Source: Thermodesulfobacteriota bacterium (GTDB lineage: Bacteria; Desulfobacterota; Desulfarculia; JACQYL01). Taken from it: DNA of 64,000 nt. The position numbers and the translations under genes were made by a program. The notes below the pieces were generated by a model. That model saw nothing but the letters and a program-made list of their open reading frames with translations, had not been told where the DNA came from and did no database searches. The stretch is from contig CAXXLZ010000001.1 in NCBI GenBank assembly GCA_963675595.2, positions 544,001-608,000 on the forward strand. Direction: 5' to 3'. Shown piece after piece: positions 9,475 to 19,916 of the stretch; within the stretch, counting starts at the first letter, position 1; each line of letters begins with the position of its first letter.

Positions 9475-10223
9475 GGCTGGAAGTATGCGGCGTTTCCTTC
9501 TCCCACAACAGTCATCCCGTGCTGACGGATGTGGGTTTCTCCGTTGAGCCGGGAGAACTGGTTTGCATCATGGGTGTCAACGGCGCCGGGAAGTCGACCC
9601 TGCTGAGGTGCCTGAACCGAGTTCTTACGCCGTCGGGTGGGGCCGTGCTGATGGACGGTGAAGATCTTTCCTTCATGAGTCGGAAGAAAATCGCCCAAAA
9701 GGTGGGCTACGTTCCCCAGCGCCGGCAGGATTCGTCTTCGTCCGTGTTTGAAACCGTGCTCATGGGGCGAAGGCCTCATATACGATGGGCCGTTTCAGAT
9801 GATGACTACGCATTGGTTGAAAGGATCATCGGAGAGCTGGGGCTGGCGCACCTGGCTATGAGGCCGGTGGACACCTTGAGCGGCGGGGAGAGTCAGAAGG
9901 TGGCCATTGCCCGCGCACTCGCCCAGTCTCCTCAGGTTCTCCTGTTGGACGAGCCGACCAGCAACCTCGACCTGGGCGGCCAACTGGAGGTGATGGGACT
10001 GGTCCGGCGAATAGTGAGAAGTCGGGAGTTGGCGGCGGCGATTGCAATCCATGACCTGAACGTTGCCGTACGCTTCGCGGACCGCTTCATTTTTCTCAAG
10101 GAGCATCGCATACGAGCGGTGACCGACGGAAACGGGCTCAGCGCGGAAATCATTCATGACGTTTACGGTGTCGAGGTTCAGTTGACCCGGGTCTGCGGGC
10201 ACACTGTGGTGGTGCCGACATAA
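9471..10223 (+). CDS. FecE/BtuD-type ABC transporter ATP-binding protein
   Basis: GVNGAGKST, LSGGESQK, LLLDEPTSNLD; ATGA overlap with the permease gives start 9471. Confidence 0.92.
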   Translation: MRLEVCGVSFSHNSHPVLTDVGFSVEPGELVCIMGVNGAGKSTLLRCLNRVLTPSGGAVLMDGEDLSFMSRKKIAQKVGYVPQRRQDSSSSVFETVLMGRRPHIRWAVSDDDYALVERIIGELGLAHLAMRPVDTLSGGESQKVAIARALAQSPQVLLLDEPTSNLDLGGQLEVMGLVRRIVRSRELAAAIAIHDLNVAVRFADRFIFLKEHRIRAVTDGNGLSAEIIHDVYGVEVQLTRVCGHTVVVPT

Positions 10224-10239
10224 TGCGGCGGAGGAGCCG

Positions 10240-11331
10240 ATGAAAGCTTTTTTTATTGTCTTATCGTGCCTGCCGGCGTGGATGATGTTCCTCGTACCTG
10301 CGTCCGCCGGTGCCGTGGTGGTTACGGATATGGCGAATCGGGAAGTTACGGTTCCTTTTGATCCAAATAGAATCCTCTGCATCGGCCCCGGAGCTTTGAG
10401 ACTGGTAGTCTACCTTCAGGCGGAGAACAGAGTGGTGGGCGTGGAGGATATGGAAAAAATGAACCCCGGGGGCAGGCCGTACTGGATTGCCCATCCCGAG
10501 CTTCACCGTTTGCCCCGTTGCGGACCCGGAGGACCGGCGGGCATCAACAAGAAGCCCGACCTCGAGACTCTGTTGAGCCTGGCTCCCGATGTCGTGTTCG
10601 TGACCTACATGGAGGGGCCTCTTGCCGACGAAGTGACCCGGACCTTGGGGATTCCCTTGGTCGTCCTGAGTTATGGAGCCTTCGCCACCTTTGATGAGGC
10701 GGTCTACGACGCATTACGGGTTGCCGGTAAGGTGCTGAATCGTGAGAACAGGGCGCGCGAGGTGGTGGCCTATATCGAATCGTTGCGCAAGGACTTGGCA
10801 GAGAGGACCGGGGACATACCGCAAGACCGAAGACCCGAGGTTTACGTGGGAGGTATCGGCTACCGCGGAGCCCACGGCATCGAAAGCACGGAACAGCGGT
10901 TCGTTCCCTTCGACTGGGTGAATGCGACAAACGTAGCTCAAAGGCTGGAAGCGGATGTCGGAACTCATGTTTTCGTTGACAAGGAAATGCTCCTAAGCCT
11001 GGACCCCGAGGCAATATTCATCGACGGCGGCGGAGTGTCCGTGGTGAAGAAGGACTACGAAAACAAGACGGCTTATTATTCGGCTTTCAAGGCGTTTAAA
11101 ACAGGGCGGGTGTACACACTGCACCCGTTCAACTGGTACACCACCAACATCGGAACGGCTTTGGCCGACGCCTACGCCGTTGGAAAGATTCTGTATGCGG
11201 ATCGATTCCAAGAGATCGACCCTGAGACGAAAACGGACGATATTTATGAGTTTTTTGTCGGGAAAAGAGTTCATGAAGCGATGAAAAGGGATTACGGACC
11301 GATCGGCGGAAAGGCGCCGTTTCTCCCGTAA
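10240..11331 (+). CDS. Iron-siderophore/cobalamin-type periplasmic binding protein
   Basis: Signal peptide, VTDMANREVTVP..P.RI, VVGVE, E.LLSL.PDV; operon context. Confidence 0.88.
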   Translation: MKAFFIVLSCLPAWMMFLVPASAGAVVVTDMANREVTVPFDPNRILCIGPGALRLVVYLQAENRVVGVEDMEKMNPGGRPYWIAHPELHRLPRCGPGGPAGINKKPDLETLLSLAPDVVFVTYMEGPLADEVTRTLGIPLVVLSYGAFATFDEAVYDALRVAGKVLNRENRAREVVAYIESLRKDLAERTGDIPQDRRPEVYVGGIGYRGAHGIESTEQRFVPFDWVNATNVAQRLEADVGTHVFVDKEMLLSLDPEAIFIDGGGVSVVKKDYENKTAYYSAFKAFKTGRVYTLHPFNWYTTNIGTALADAYAVGKILYADRFQEIDPETKTDDIYEFFVGKRVHEAMKRDYGPIGGKAPFLP

Positions 11332-11448
11332 CGGGCCTGCGCTCGGGTTTCTCGACGGGCCGGCCTACCCATCCTGGGGGCTTCGGATCATCGAGGAGAT
11401 GAATGGAACCGACCTCCCATGGGTGGGAAACAATGAGGAGGTAACAAA

Positions 11449-12069
11449 GTGGATGCACGAGAGATCGTGGAATCGGAGGATTTCAGGAAATGTGCGGAGT
11501 TTCACGGACACATATGTCCCGGGCTTTCCATCGGCTACAGGGCGGCCAAGGTTGCGCTGGAGCGCTTGAGGGAAGAGCGGGCCGAAGATGAAGAAATCGT
11601 GGCGGTTGTGGAGACGGACGCGTGTTCCGCCGATGCCGTGCAGGTGCTCACGGGATGCACTTTTGGAAAAGGAAATTTGATCTACAAGGATTACGGCAAA
11701 GTGGCCTTGACGCTTTTCAGCCGTGGAACCGGGGAAGGGGTTCGCGTGGTTTTGCGTCCGGAAGCCGCTTTGCCTGATGAGGCGCATTTCGCCCTCTTGC
11801 GCAGAGTCATGAGCGGGGAGGCCGACGAACACGAGGAAAAGCGGTTTAGAGAACTCCATTTTCAGAAAAGCTGTGACGTGCTTACAATCCCCACGGATGA
11901 GCTGTTCATCGTGAAGCCTGTGAAGACCGAATTACCCGCCAAAGCCAAGATCGAACGCTCCGAACTTTGTGCGGTTTGCGGAGAACCCACCATGTCCGCC
12001 AAGCTAGCGGCTGTGGGGGGACGTAAAATCTGTCGCGAATGCTTCGAGAAGATGCGATGGTGTGTTTGA
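11449..12069 (+). CDS. FmdE family protein (copy 2)
   Basis: Same motifs and length (206 aa) as 5973-6593; GTG start with GAGGAGG RBS. Confidence 0.88.
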   Translation: MDAREIVESEDFRKCAEFHGHICPGLSIGYRAAKVALERLREERAEDEEIVAVVETDACSADAVQVLTGCTFGKGNLIYKDYGKVALTLFSRGTGEGVRVVLRPEAALPDEAHFALLRRVMSGEADEHEEKRFRELHFQKSCDVLTIPTDELFIVKPVKTELPAKAKIERSELCAVCGEPTMSAKLAAVGGRKICRECFEKMRWCV

Positions 12070-12340
12070 AGCCTGGAGGCTGAACCCGGGACTCCTACCT
12101 ATCGGAGGAACGGGGAACCTTGTCGCACTCCCGCCCGTAGGCGGCATCCGGCGCCGCATGGCCCAACCAAGCGCGCCTTTTCTCCGACCCGGCAGAAGCC
12201 GGGATTCCTCGTCCCTTACTAAATACAGCGTGATCCCATTCCCGTTCCGCATGCATGCGGTCGCGCGAAATTTCTCCAGACCGGCTTGACGGTTCCGGGT
12301 TGCCGAGGATTGCGAAAAACATGAGTTGAAGGAGCCGGAG

Positions 12341-14296
12341 ATGAATCGATTGCGAAACACTTGGATGCTGGTTTGTTTTTTGGTTTTTTCCTCCGTCTGT
12401 TGCCGGATTGCGGCCGCCGACGAGCCCGCCGAGGTCACCCGATTGGAGCCCGTAACGGTCATAGCCAATCCGGTAATTGAGGGAAACGAAACGGACCGAT
12501 ACGCCGGTCAAAAGACCACGGTCACGGAAAGCCAGATCGACGATCTCAACGCCCAAGACTTGACCGGCGCGCTGAGGCGGACTCCGGGGGTCAACATTTC
12601 CCGTTACAACATAGTGGGTTCCTTCGGGGGGGCCACAGGCGGAGGCGTCTTCATCAGAGGCAAGGGGTCGAGTCGTCCCGGAGCGGAAATCAAGACCCTT
12701 GTGGATGGGATTCCCATGTACATGAGCCTGTGGAACCACCCATTGCTGGATTTAATGAGCATCGATCCGGCCCAGTCCATCGAAGTGTACAAAAGCCCTC
12801 AACCCCATGTGTTCGGGAACGCCTTCGGGGTGGTCAACATCGTACCCAAGAAGATGACGGAACAGGGTTTTCGCACCAAAGGCAAGGTTGCCGGAGGAAG
12901 CTTCGGCACCTTTGTGGGCAAGGGGGAGCACGGAGGAGCGATCGAGGGTTTGGACTACTATTTGGGCGGCGGATACCGAACCTCCGACGGCCATCGAGAC
13001 AATGCCGACGGTGAGCTTCGAGACGTTTACGGGCGGATCGGCTATCGCATTTCGGACAACTGGTCCGTGTCCGTGTTCAGCCTCTGGAACGACAACTACG
13101 CCAACGATCCGGGAGCGGAAGGCGCGGCCCCCGAACTGCGGGAGGGACGTTACGAGACCCGGACGTGGCTGACGGTGGGCACCGTCGAAAACCGGTTCGA
13201 CGTGGCCGAGGGGTATCTGAAACTCTACAGGAACGCCGGCGAGGGAGACTGGCTTGATCAACCTACCGACACGGTCGGAGTTCGGGAAGACCTTTTCAAC
13301 GATTTTACCTTCTACGGTTTGAAGGCCAGGGAAGCATTGCACTTCTGGCCGGGAGGCGAGATCATCGTCGGCTTGGACTGGGATGTGACGGACGGGGAAT
13401 ATGACCTGGACTACAGCGACGGAACAAGTGATCGCTGGGACGGCCACGACTTCACCATTGTCTCGCCTTACACGGCGATCAGCCACCAGTTCGGCGACAA
13501 GGACGGATTCTACGTGACGCCCTCGGCGGGCGTGCGTTACTACGACAATTCGGATTTCGACGAGGAATGGTCGCCCCACGTGGGCATCATCGTCGGGTAC
13601 AAGCGGACGGAACTGCATGCCGGGTATTCCAGAGGCGTGGTCTATCCCGGTTTGGATGTTGTCCTGTTCTCCGAGAAGGTCATTCCAGCTTTGGGGTCCA
13701 GTTGGAAGGACCTTAACGCCGAGGTTGCGGATCATTTCGAGGTCGGCGTTCGCCATGGATTCGGTCGGCTGGTCGAGGTGGACGTCACTTTCTTCTACGA
13801 CGAGGGAAAGGACCGTTATGTGATCGTTCCTCCGCCGCCTCCGCCTCCCGTATACGCCAACATCGAAGAATACCGCATCCGCGGAGTGGAAGCCGTTTTG
13901 ACGCTGCATCCCATGGACGATCTGGCCTTGTTTACCGGGTTTACCTACCAGAACACCGATCCCTCCGATTTGCCCTACGCTCCCGAGTTCACCGTGAGCG
14001 CCGGCGCAAACTGGAAGCTGTTCAGGAGCTTCAAATTCAGCGTGGATTGCCAATATGTGGACGAGATGCACGTTGACGCCTGGGCTCGTAGGAAAGGCGC
14101 CGAGAATGCGACCACGGTGGACGGCTATTTCCTGCTGAACGGCAAGGTCGGCTACGAATTGGCCATGGGCGGCAAATGGCCGACCATGGAAGTCTACGTG
14201 GCCGGAGAAAACCTCACGGACACGGACTATGAGTACCTCCCCGGGTATCCCATGCCCGGCGCCACGGTCATGGCCGGAGTGGGGTTCGAATTCTGA
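12341..14296 (+). CDS. TonB-dependent outer-membrane receptor
   Basis: TonB-box-like EPVTVIA, plug motifs LRRTPGV and IEVYK, ENLTD..Y near the C-terminus, terminal Phe. Confidence 0.9.
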   Translation: MNRLRNTWMLVCFLVFSSVCCRIAAADEPAEVTRLEPVTVIANPVIEGNETDRYAGQKTTVTESQIDDLNAQDLTGALRRTPGVNISRYNIVGSFGGATGGGVFIRGKGSSRPGAEIKTLVDGIPMYMSLWNHPLLDLMSIDPAQSIEVYKSPQPHVFGNAFGVVNIVPKKMTEQGFRTKGKVAGGSFGTFVGKGEHGGAIEGLDYYLGGGYRTSDGHRDNADGELRDVYGRIGYRISDNWSVSVFSLWNDNYANDPGAEGAAPELREGRYETRTWLTVGTVENRFDVAEGYLKLYRNAGEGDWLDQPTDTVGVREDLFNDFTFYGLKAREALHFWPGGEIIVGLDWDVTDGEYDLDYSDGTSDRWDGHDFTIVSPYTAISHQFGDKDGFYVTPSAGVRYYDNSDFDEEWSPHVGIIVGYKRTELHAGYSRGVVYPGLDVVLFSEKVIPALGSSWKDLNAEVADHFEVGVRHGFGRLVEVDVTFFYDEGKDRYVIVPPPPPPPVYANIEEYRIRGVEAVLTLHPMDDLALFTGFTYQNTDPSDLPYAPEFTVSAGANWKLFRSFKFSVDCQYVDEMHVDAWARRKGAENATTVDGYFLLNGKVGYELAMGGKWPTMEVYVAGENLTDTDYEYLPGYPMPGATVMAGVGFEF

Positions 14297-14313
14297 CGAA
14301 CAGGGGAGGGGAG

Positions 14314-14913
14314 ATGTCGTCCCGATCCGCTTTCTTCGACAGCCGGGCTCGTGAATGGGAGAAAAACTGCTATCCTCCTCCGGTACGCGAGCGTCTCGAG
14401 GAGCTCATTCTCGAATTTCGTGTGAAAACCGGTACACGGGTCTTGGATATCGGTACGGGCCCCGGCGTGTTGATTCCTTATTTGAAACGATTGGTCGGAA
14501 GCGACGGCACTGTCTGCGCTTTCGACCTTTCCCTGGAAATGGCGCGGCAAGCTGGAAGCAAACCGCTTTCCTCGAAGGATGCGGTGGTCCAGGCCGATGT
14601 GCATCGTATGCCGTTCGGGGGCGATGTGTTCGACCAGGCGATCTGCTTTGCCGCGTTCCCGCACTTTGCGGATCCCGGCCGAGCCCTTGGCGAAATGAGT
14701 CGGGTGATCCACTCGGGCGGTCACATCGTCATCGCGCATTTGCTGAGCCGTAAGGAGCTGTCGATGCATCATGCGGCCCACTCCGCCGTGGAAGGCGACG
14801 TGTTGCCGGACGATTCGCGAATGACGGAACTCTTCTCCAAAGCCGGGTTGGAGCTGTTGGAGATCGCGGACGTGCCGGGTCGCTATCTGGCCCGAGGCGT
14901 GAAACGGACGTAG
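14314..14913 (+). CDS. Class I SAM-dependent methyltransferase
   Basis: VLDIGTGPG motif I, DLSLEM, ADVH.MPF. Confidence 0.85.
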   Translation: MSSRSAFFDSRAREWEKNCYPPPVRERLEELILEFRVKTGTRVLDIGTGPGVLIPYLKRLVGSDGTVCAFDLSLEMARQAGSKPLSSKDAVVQADVHRMPFGGDVFDQAICFAAFPHFADPGRALGEMSRVIHSGGHIVIAHLLSRKELSMHHAAHSAVEGDVLPDDSRMTELFSKAGLELLEIADVPGRYLARGVKRT

Positions 14914-15648
14914 GTGAAGGGCGGACTTCGAGACGGAATAGAGGTCGGAGGACGACTATTCTTTGGGCGAGCTGAGCGGGAGAGCGGCTCGGCCGCCCAT
15001 AGCGTCCCAATTCCGTCTGCCGGCCGGCTGAAGAAGGCCGGTTGCCTGCAGGTTGGTGAAGAACGATGAGATGCAAGGCGCACAGATCCCGAGGAACAAG
15101 GCGTTCATAGAAGTGCGTTGCAGTGACGATGGGTGAAGCGCAACGCTGTGGATCGCGTTTTTCATCCGCCTGCTGCGAAGCGTTTCGTCCACGGGATATG
15201 CCGCGGCCACTAAGTCGGAGTCAATCATCGCCGGCAGTTTGCAGGCATGATCACCTTCGCTGGGTATTTCTAAATAATATTAGTTAAACATTTGTGCATA
15301 CAAAAGCCCCATGATGGCCCACAGCCGGCAATCCGTCCCATTTGCGTCCACGTCGGTGTCGTCAAAGCTTCCGGGCCTTCGGCTCCTCCTGTTTGAATTC
15401 CGCGGCTCACCATCTACAAGCAACATGGCGGCTTCTCCACTCATAGTCGGGGTACGGAAGGACTCATAGACATCAAGTCGACTTCCGCACGTCACGATTC
15501 GCGGCATGCTTCCGGCAAGTCCCTACCAACACGTACGTTCGCTAAAGCCTTTCAGTCCGTTGTGCGGATAAGGAATCGCCCGCAAGAGCGACTCATGGAA
15601 AAGACTCTTTGACCTCGGGCACCCATTTCCTATAAAGCATTTTTTCAC

Positions 15649-17316
15649 ATGATCATGATCTTCCCGGACCGAACCGATTCGGCAAACGAGAAGACGGGAA
15701 CGGGGATGCCGGCGTCGGTGGAGTCGGCCCCCGGAAGGAGGACGGGTTCGAGTTCCATGGATGCTTCGCGCTTTTCGCGCTATCTGCTGGGCGGTTTCGC
15801 CAACATCGCGCAGCATCGACAAACCCTGGACGCCATCAACGTCTTTCCCGTACCCGACGGCGATACGGGGAGGAACTTGACGATCACCACGTCCGGAATC
15901 GCCGCGGCCCTTCGCGCTGAAGAACAATGGGAGTTCGAAGGGTTATACCGGCTGATCGCGCGGGAGGCCCTTGAGTCGGCCCGCGGCAACTCCGGAATGA
16001 TCTTCTCACAGTTCCTCAAGGGGCTGTTGCGCCCCATGACGTTCGCCGAAAGCATCGACGCCGAGGTGTGGCATCGGGCATGGGGTTCGGCTCGGGATTG
16101 CGCCTATGCCGGTGTTTCACGACCTCGCTCGGGAACCATCCTCTCTTTGCTGGATCGCGCCGCCGAGGAACATGAGCCGGGTCTCGCTTCGGAAGAACTT
16201 TCAGCTCTTGTGGAAATCTGTGGGACCTGCCTCCTGGACACCCCTAGCAAACTTCCCGAGTTGAAAAGAGCCGGAGTCGTGGACGCGGGCGGTCTCGCGC
16301 TGGTGTTGTTCTTGGAAGGGGGATTGTTATCCCTGGTAGGAAACGGAATTCCCGGATTGAGCCCTTGGATGGAGCGAAATCTGCCCCCGGAGAAACGAAA
16401 GGTGCTTCCCGGCGGCATAAGCGAGGAAGTTCCGGAACATCGCTTCTGCCTTGAAATGCTCCTTGAGGGACCGGAACCGTTGGTGGATGATTTGATGCTC
16501 CGCTTGAAGTACATGGGGAACTCCATCGAGACTTTGTGGGATGACTCAAGGGTGAGAATCCATATGCATACCAACGAACCTTACGCGGTTCGGGAAACGA
16601 TTCACGCGGACATCAAAGTGTGGCGGATGCAGTTGGAGGACATGGCTCCCCGGGTCCGGGGGCGAAATGCGGAAGAGGGGCGGCCGCCCGACAACTTGCC
16701 GGCGGTTTGTGCGCTGGTGCGAGGAAAAGGTTTTGTGGGCGTTCTGGAAAGCCTGGAAATCGATTATGTGATTGATCTGGAGACGAATCCTATGCCGGGA
16801 GAGACTCTGCGACGTCAATTGCATGATTCCGGGCGTGGGAAAGCTCTGGTGCTTGTTCCCGGCGACGATGGTTGCGATTCTCTTGAGAAGGAGACCTCCA
16901 TTGCGAAGGGGGATTGGGAGGTCTGGAACGCGTGGAGCGAGGCGGCCGTGGTTGCGGCCTGCGTGGCCTTTACGCCCTGGGAAACCGAAGAATTGAACCG
17001 CGTTCGCATGGCCGAGGCCCTGCGCCGGCTGCGATATGGAATGGTGCTGGACGAAGCGGACGGGTTCTGCTTCCGGGTTGGAGTCGGGGAGGAAGTCAGC
17101 AAGTTGTATCCAGCGGTCGGAGACGCCGCGGCCGCCCTCGTGGCCGCCCTGATTGACCCTCAGGATCGCTTGATTACGATCTATACGGGCGTTCGGCCGA
17201 TTCTCGCACAGGTCGAAGAAGTACGATCCTCTCTATCGCTTCGTTTTCCCGGTGTGGAAACGGAAGTGGTCTATGGTGGGCAGGCCCGTGGTATGTTTCA
17301 GATTTCCGTGGAGTAA
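15649..17316 (+). CDS. DAK2-domain fatty-acid-kinase (FakA/YloV-like) protein
   Basis: INVFPVPDGDTGRN, ARGNSGMI.SQ, GVVDAGG, HMHT, EVVYGGQ; start uncertain. Confidence 0.82.
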   Translation: MIMIFPDRTDSANEKTGTGMPASVESAPGRRTGSSSMDASRFSRYLLGGFANIAQHRQTLDAINVFPVPDGDTGRNLTITTSGIAAALRAEEQWEFEGLYRLIAREALESARGNSGMIFSQFLKGLLRPMTFAESIDAEVWHRAWGSARDCAYAGVSRPRSGTILSLLDRAAEEHEPGLASEELSALVEICGTCLLDTPSKLPELKRAGVVDAGGLALVLFLEGGLLSLVGNGIPGLSPWMERNLPPEKRKVLPGGISEEVPEHRFCLEMLLEGPEPLVDDLMLRLKYMGNSIETLWDDSRVRIHMHTNEPYAVRETIHADIKVWRMQLEDMAPRVRGRNAEEGRPPDNLPAVCALVRGKGFVGVLESLEIDYVIDLETNPMPGETLRRQLHDSGRGKALVLVPGDDGCDSLEKETSIAKGDWEVWNAWSEAAVVAACVAFTPWETEELNRVRMAEALRRLRYGMVLDEADGFCFRVGVGEEVSKLYPAVGDAAAALVAALIDPQDRLITIYTGVRPILAQVEEVRSSLSLRFPGVETEVVYGGQARGMFQISVE

Positions 17317-17318
17317 TC

Positions 17319-18164
17319 ATGTCGAAGGTCGCTCTGGTCACGGACAGCGCTTGTTGTATCACCCGGGAATGGGCCCGCCGTCACGGCATCCGGGTCATCC
17401 AGAACCATGTGATTCTGGAAGGGGAAAGTTTTCGAGATCACGACTTGGACCTGCAGCAATATTTTCGGTCCCTGCGATCCTCGCGGGAACTGCCCACTAC
17501 GGCCCATCCTTCGTTCGAAGAGGTCCGGCAGGTTTTTGACGAAGAGCTTTCAAACAACGAAGCCGTGGTTTACATTGCCGTGTCCCCGAGTTATACGCGG
17601 CTGCATGACATGGCGCTGAAGGTGAGGGAGACGCACGCCGAGGGGCGAAGGCTTTATGTGTTGAACTCCGCAGCGGCGTCGGGCCAGATGGCGGCGGCGG
17701 TGCTGTATACGGCACGGAATAGGGCGATGCAGTGCGACGCCGACCGATTGGCGGCCTTCGGCGCCGAAGCCAAAGACAAGGCCAAAGAAATCATAGTGCT
17801 GGATACGCTGAGTTATTTAGCGAGAGGAGGACGGATCGGGCGGGTTCGTTCCCTGCTGGGAATCGCTTTGTCCATCAAGCCCCTTATCGGGCACCGAGAT
17901 GGAGCGGCCGCCCCCTGGGGCAAGGTACGCACACATGCGCAAGGCTTGGAGTTCATTCTCGGAAAAATAAGAGAGCTCGGCCTTACGCCGGAGAAACCTT
18001 TCTTCCTGATCTCGGACGCGGATCAGGAGGAATGGGCGGACCGCGCCGCCGGAGTCCTTGAGAGGGAATATCCTTCGGCCGATATCTTGAGGACTCCCAT
18101 GGCGGCTTCGGCGGGAACTCATATGGGGCCCGGAACCTGGAGCGTTTCCTGGATTACGGCCTGA
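17319..18164 (+). CDS. DegV family fatty-acid-binding protein (FakB-like)
   Basis: KVALVTDS, PTTAHPS, L.YLARGGRIG, IKPLI, THMGPG. Confidence 0.85.
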   Translation: MSKVALVTDSACCITREWARRHGIRVIQNHVILEGESFRDHDLDLQQYFRSLRSSRELPTTAHPSFEEVRQVFDEELSNNEAVVYIAVSPSYTRLHDMALKVRETHAEGRRLYVLNSAAASGQMAAAVLYTARNRAMQCDADRLAAFGAEAKDKAKEIIVLDTLSYLARGGRIGRVRSLLGIALSIKPLIGHRDGAAAPWGKVRTHAQGLEFILGKIRELGLTPEKPFFLISDADQEEWADRAAGVLEREYPSADILRTPMAASAGTHMGPGTWSVSWITA

Positions 18165-18267
18165 AGAAGGGCTTTGGAGGCTGTTCCCGGCGAATGACGA
18201 TGTTCCGAAAACCCGACGGGTCTTTGGATACCATGGATTAGGAGCTATGCGGTTGGGGAAAAGTGAA

Positions 18268-18816
18268 ATGTCGGGCAAAGAGATGGATCGAGGTTGCATC
18301 CTGATCATCGGGGGTGCGAAGAGCGGCAAGAGCCGCTACGCTTTGGACTTGTGCGGTCGTTTTGAGAAGAAGCGAAAAGTGTTTCTCGCGACGGCTCAAG
18401 CGTGGGACGAAGAGATGGAGGAGCGGATCCGGAGACACAAGGAGGAGCGGGGCCCTGATTGGGGGCTGGTGGAGGAACCGCTGAAAGTGGCGGAGGTCAT
18501 CCGGACGACGGATCGGAGCGACACGGTGATCCTTCTTGATTGCATGACCTTGTGGTTGAACAATCTCTTCATGAAGCACGAGAACGATGAGGCCTCGATC
18601 CGGGAAGAGATGGACGGTTTGGCTGCCGTTCTGTCGGAGGTCAAGGGAGTGGTGGTTCTGGTGGCCAATGAAGTGGGCCTGGGAATCGTCCCCGGCGACC
18701 CGTTGTCCAGAAAGTACCGAGATGTGGCGGGCGCCGCGAATCAGGCTCTGGCCGGACTTTCGAGGAAGGTTTTCCTTGTTGCCGCGGGGCTGCCCTTGGC
18801 TCTTAAAGACGAATAG
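18268..18816 (+). CDS. cobU: Adenosylcobinamide kinase/adenosylcobinamide-phosphate guanylyltransferase
   Basis: GGAKSGKS, ATAQ..DEEM.ERI.RH, DC.TLW, NEVGLGIVP; start uncertain (18247-18283). Confidence 0.92.
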   Translation: MSGKEMDRGCILIIGGAKSGKSRYALDLCGRFEKKRKVFLATAQAWDEEMEERIRRHKEERGPDWGLVEEPLKVAEVIRTTDRSDTVILLDCMTLWLNNLFMKHENDEASIREEMDGLAAVLSEVKGVVVLVANEVGLGIVPGDPLSRKYRDVAGAANQALAGLSRKVFLVAAGLPLALKDE

Positions 18817-18854
18817 AAACTTCAGCTGGGAATTGGATTTTTGGGGAGGTCCTG

Positions 18855-19916
18855 ATGGAAACCCGAGTGGAGAATGTGATCGGAGCTTTGCCCTTGCCGG
18901 ACGAGGCATTGCTGGCTTCAGCCCGGAAGCGCCTGGATTCGTTGACCAAACCCAGAGGCAGCTTGGGGCGTCTCGAAGACTTCGCCGCGGAATACGTGGT
19001 GATGCGCAACGATCTCAATGCACGGGTTTCGCGGAAAGCCGTGGTGGTGTTCGCTTCGGACCACGGAGTGGTGGAGGAAGGGGTAAGCGCTTATCCGAAG
19101 GATGTTACCTATCAGATGGTTCTGAATTTTCTGGCCGGCGGGGCCGCAATTAATGTGATCTCGAAACATACGTCCACGGAAGTGCTGATTGTGGACATCG
19201 GCGTGGATTACGATTTCGGGCACGTTCCCGGCCTGCTTCACGCAAAGGTGGCGAAAGGGACGCGGAATATGGCCCGAGGTCCGGCCATGGATCGTGAAAC
19301 CGCCCTTCGGGCTATGAATGAAGGGTATCGGATTGCGTGCGAACTCGCCGATCAGGGGGTCGACCTGATGGCTCCCGGCGAGATGGGAATCGGGAATACT
19401 ACGGCCTCGAGCGCGCTGGCCGCCGTGTTTACCGGTCGGTCCGTGGAGGAAGTGACCGGCATGGGTACGGGAATCGACGATGACACGCATCGACACAAAA
19501 TCGACGTCATTCGACGGGTCATCGAGGTGAACCGGCCGGACCCCGCTGATGCCATGGATGTTCTATCCAAAGTGGGCGGACTCGAGATCGCCGGTATCGC
19601 AGGTTTGATTTTGGGCGCCGCGAGTCGTCGGATACCCGTGGTTCTGGACGGGTTGATTTCCACCGCCGGCGGGCTGGCGGCTTTCGAGTTCGACCGCGGA
19701 GTGCGCAATTTTCTGTTCGCCGCCCATCGTTCCGTGGAAGTCGGCCACGCGGTGATGCTTGAACGGATGGGGTTGGTTCCCTTCGTCGATCTTTCCATGA
19801 GACTTGGAGAGGGCACGGGTGCGGCCATCGGGATGGACATGGTGCAGTTGGGAATGGAACTCTTCCATGGAATGGCCTCCTTTGACTCCGCGGGTGTGAG
19901 CGACAAGGAAGAGTGA
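18855..19916 (+). CDS. cobT: Nicotinate-nucleotide--dimethylbenzimidazole phosphoribosyltransferase
   Basis: LTKPRGSLGRLE, DHGVVEEGVSAYP, GEMGIGNTT, MRLGEGTGA. Confidence 0.95.
   Translation: METRVENVIGALPLPDEALLASARKRLDSLTKPRGSLGRLEDFAAEYVVMRNDLNARVSRKAVVVFASDHGVVEEGVSAYPKDVTYQMVLNFLAGGAAINVISKHTSTEVLIVDIGVDYDFGHVPGLLHAKVAKGTRNMARGPAMDRETALRAMNEGYRIACELADQGVDLMAPGEMGIGNTTASSALAAVFTGRSVEEVTGMGTGIDDDTHRHKIDVIRRVIEVNRPDPADAMDVLSKVGGLEIAGIAGLILGAASRRIPVVLDGLISTAGGLAAFEFDRGVRNFLFAAHRSVEVGHAVMLERMGLVPFVDLSMRLGEGTGAAIGMDMVQLGMELFHGMASFDSAGVSDKEE

Noticed and set aside
14914-15648. Possible RNA gene or small CDS in intergenic gaps (also 32854-33516 and 61620-62320)
   Set aside because: No tRNA cloverleaf (including tRNA-Sec), CRISPR repeat-spacer periodicity or credible protein motif could be seen.
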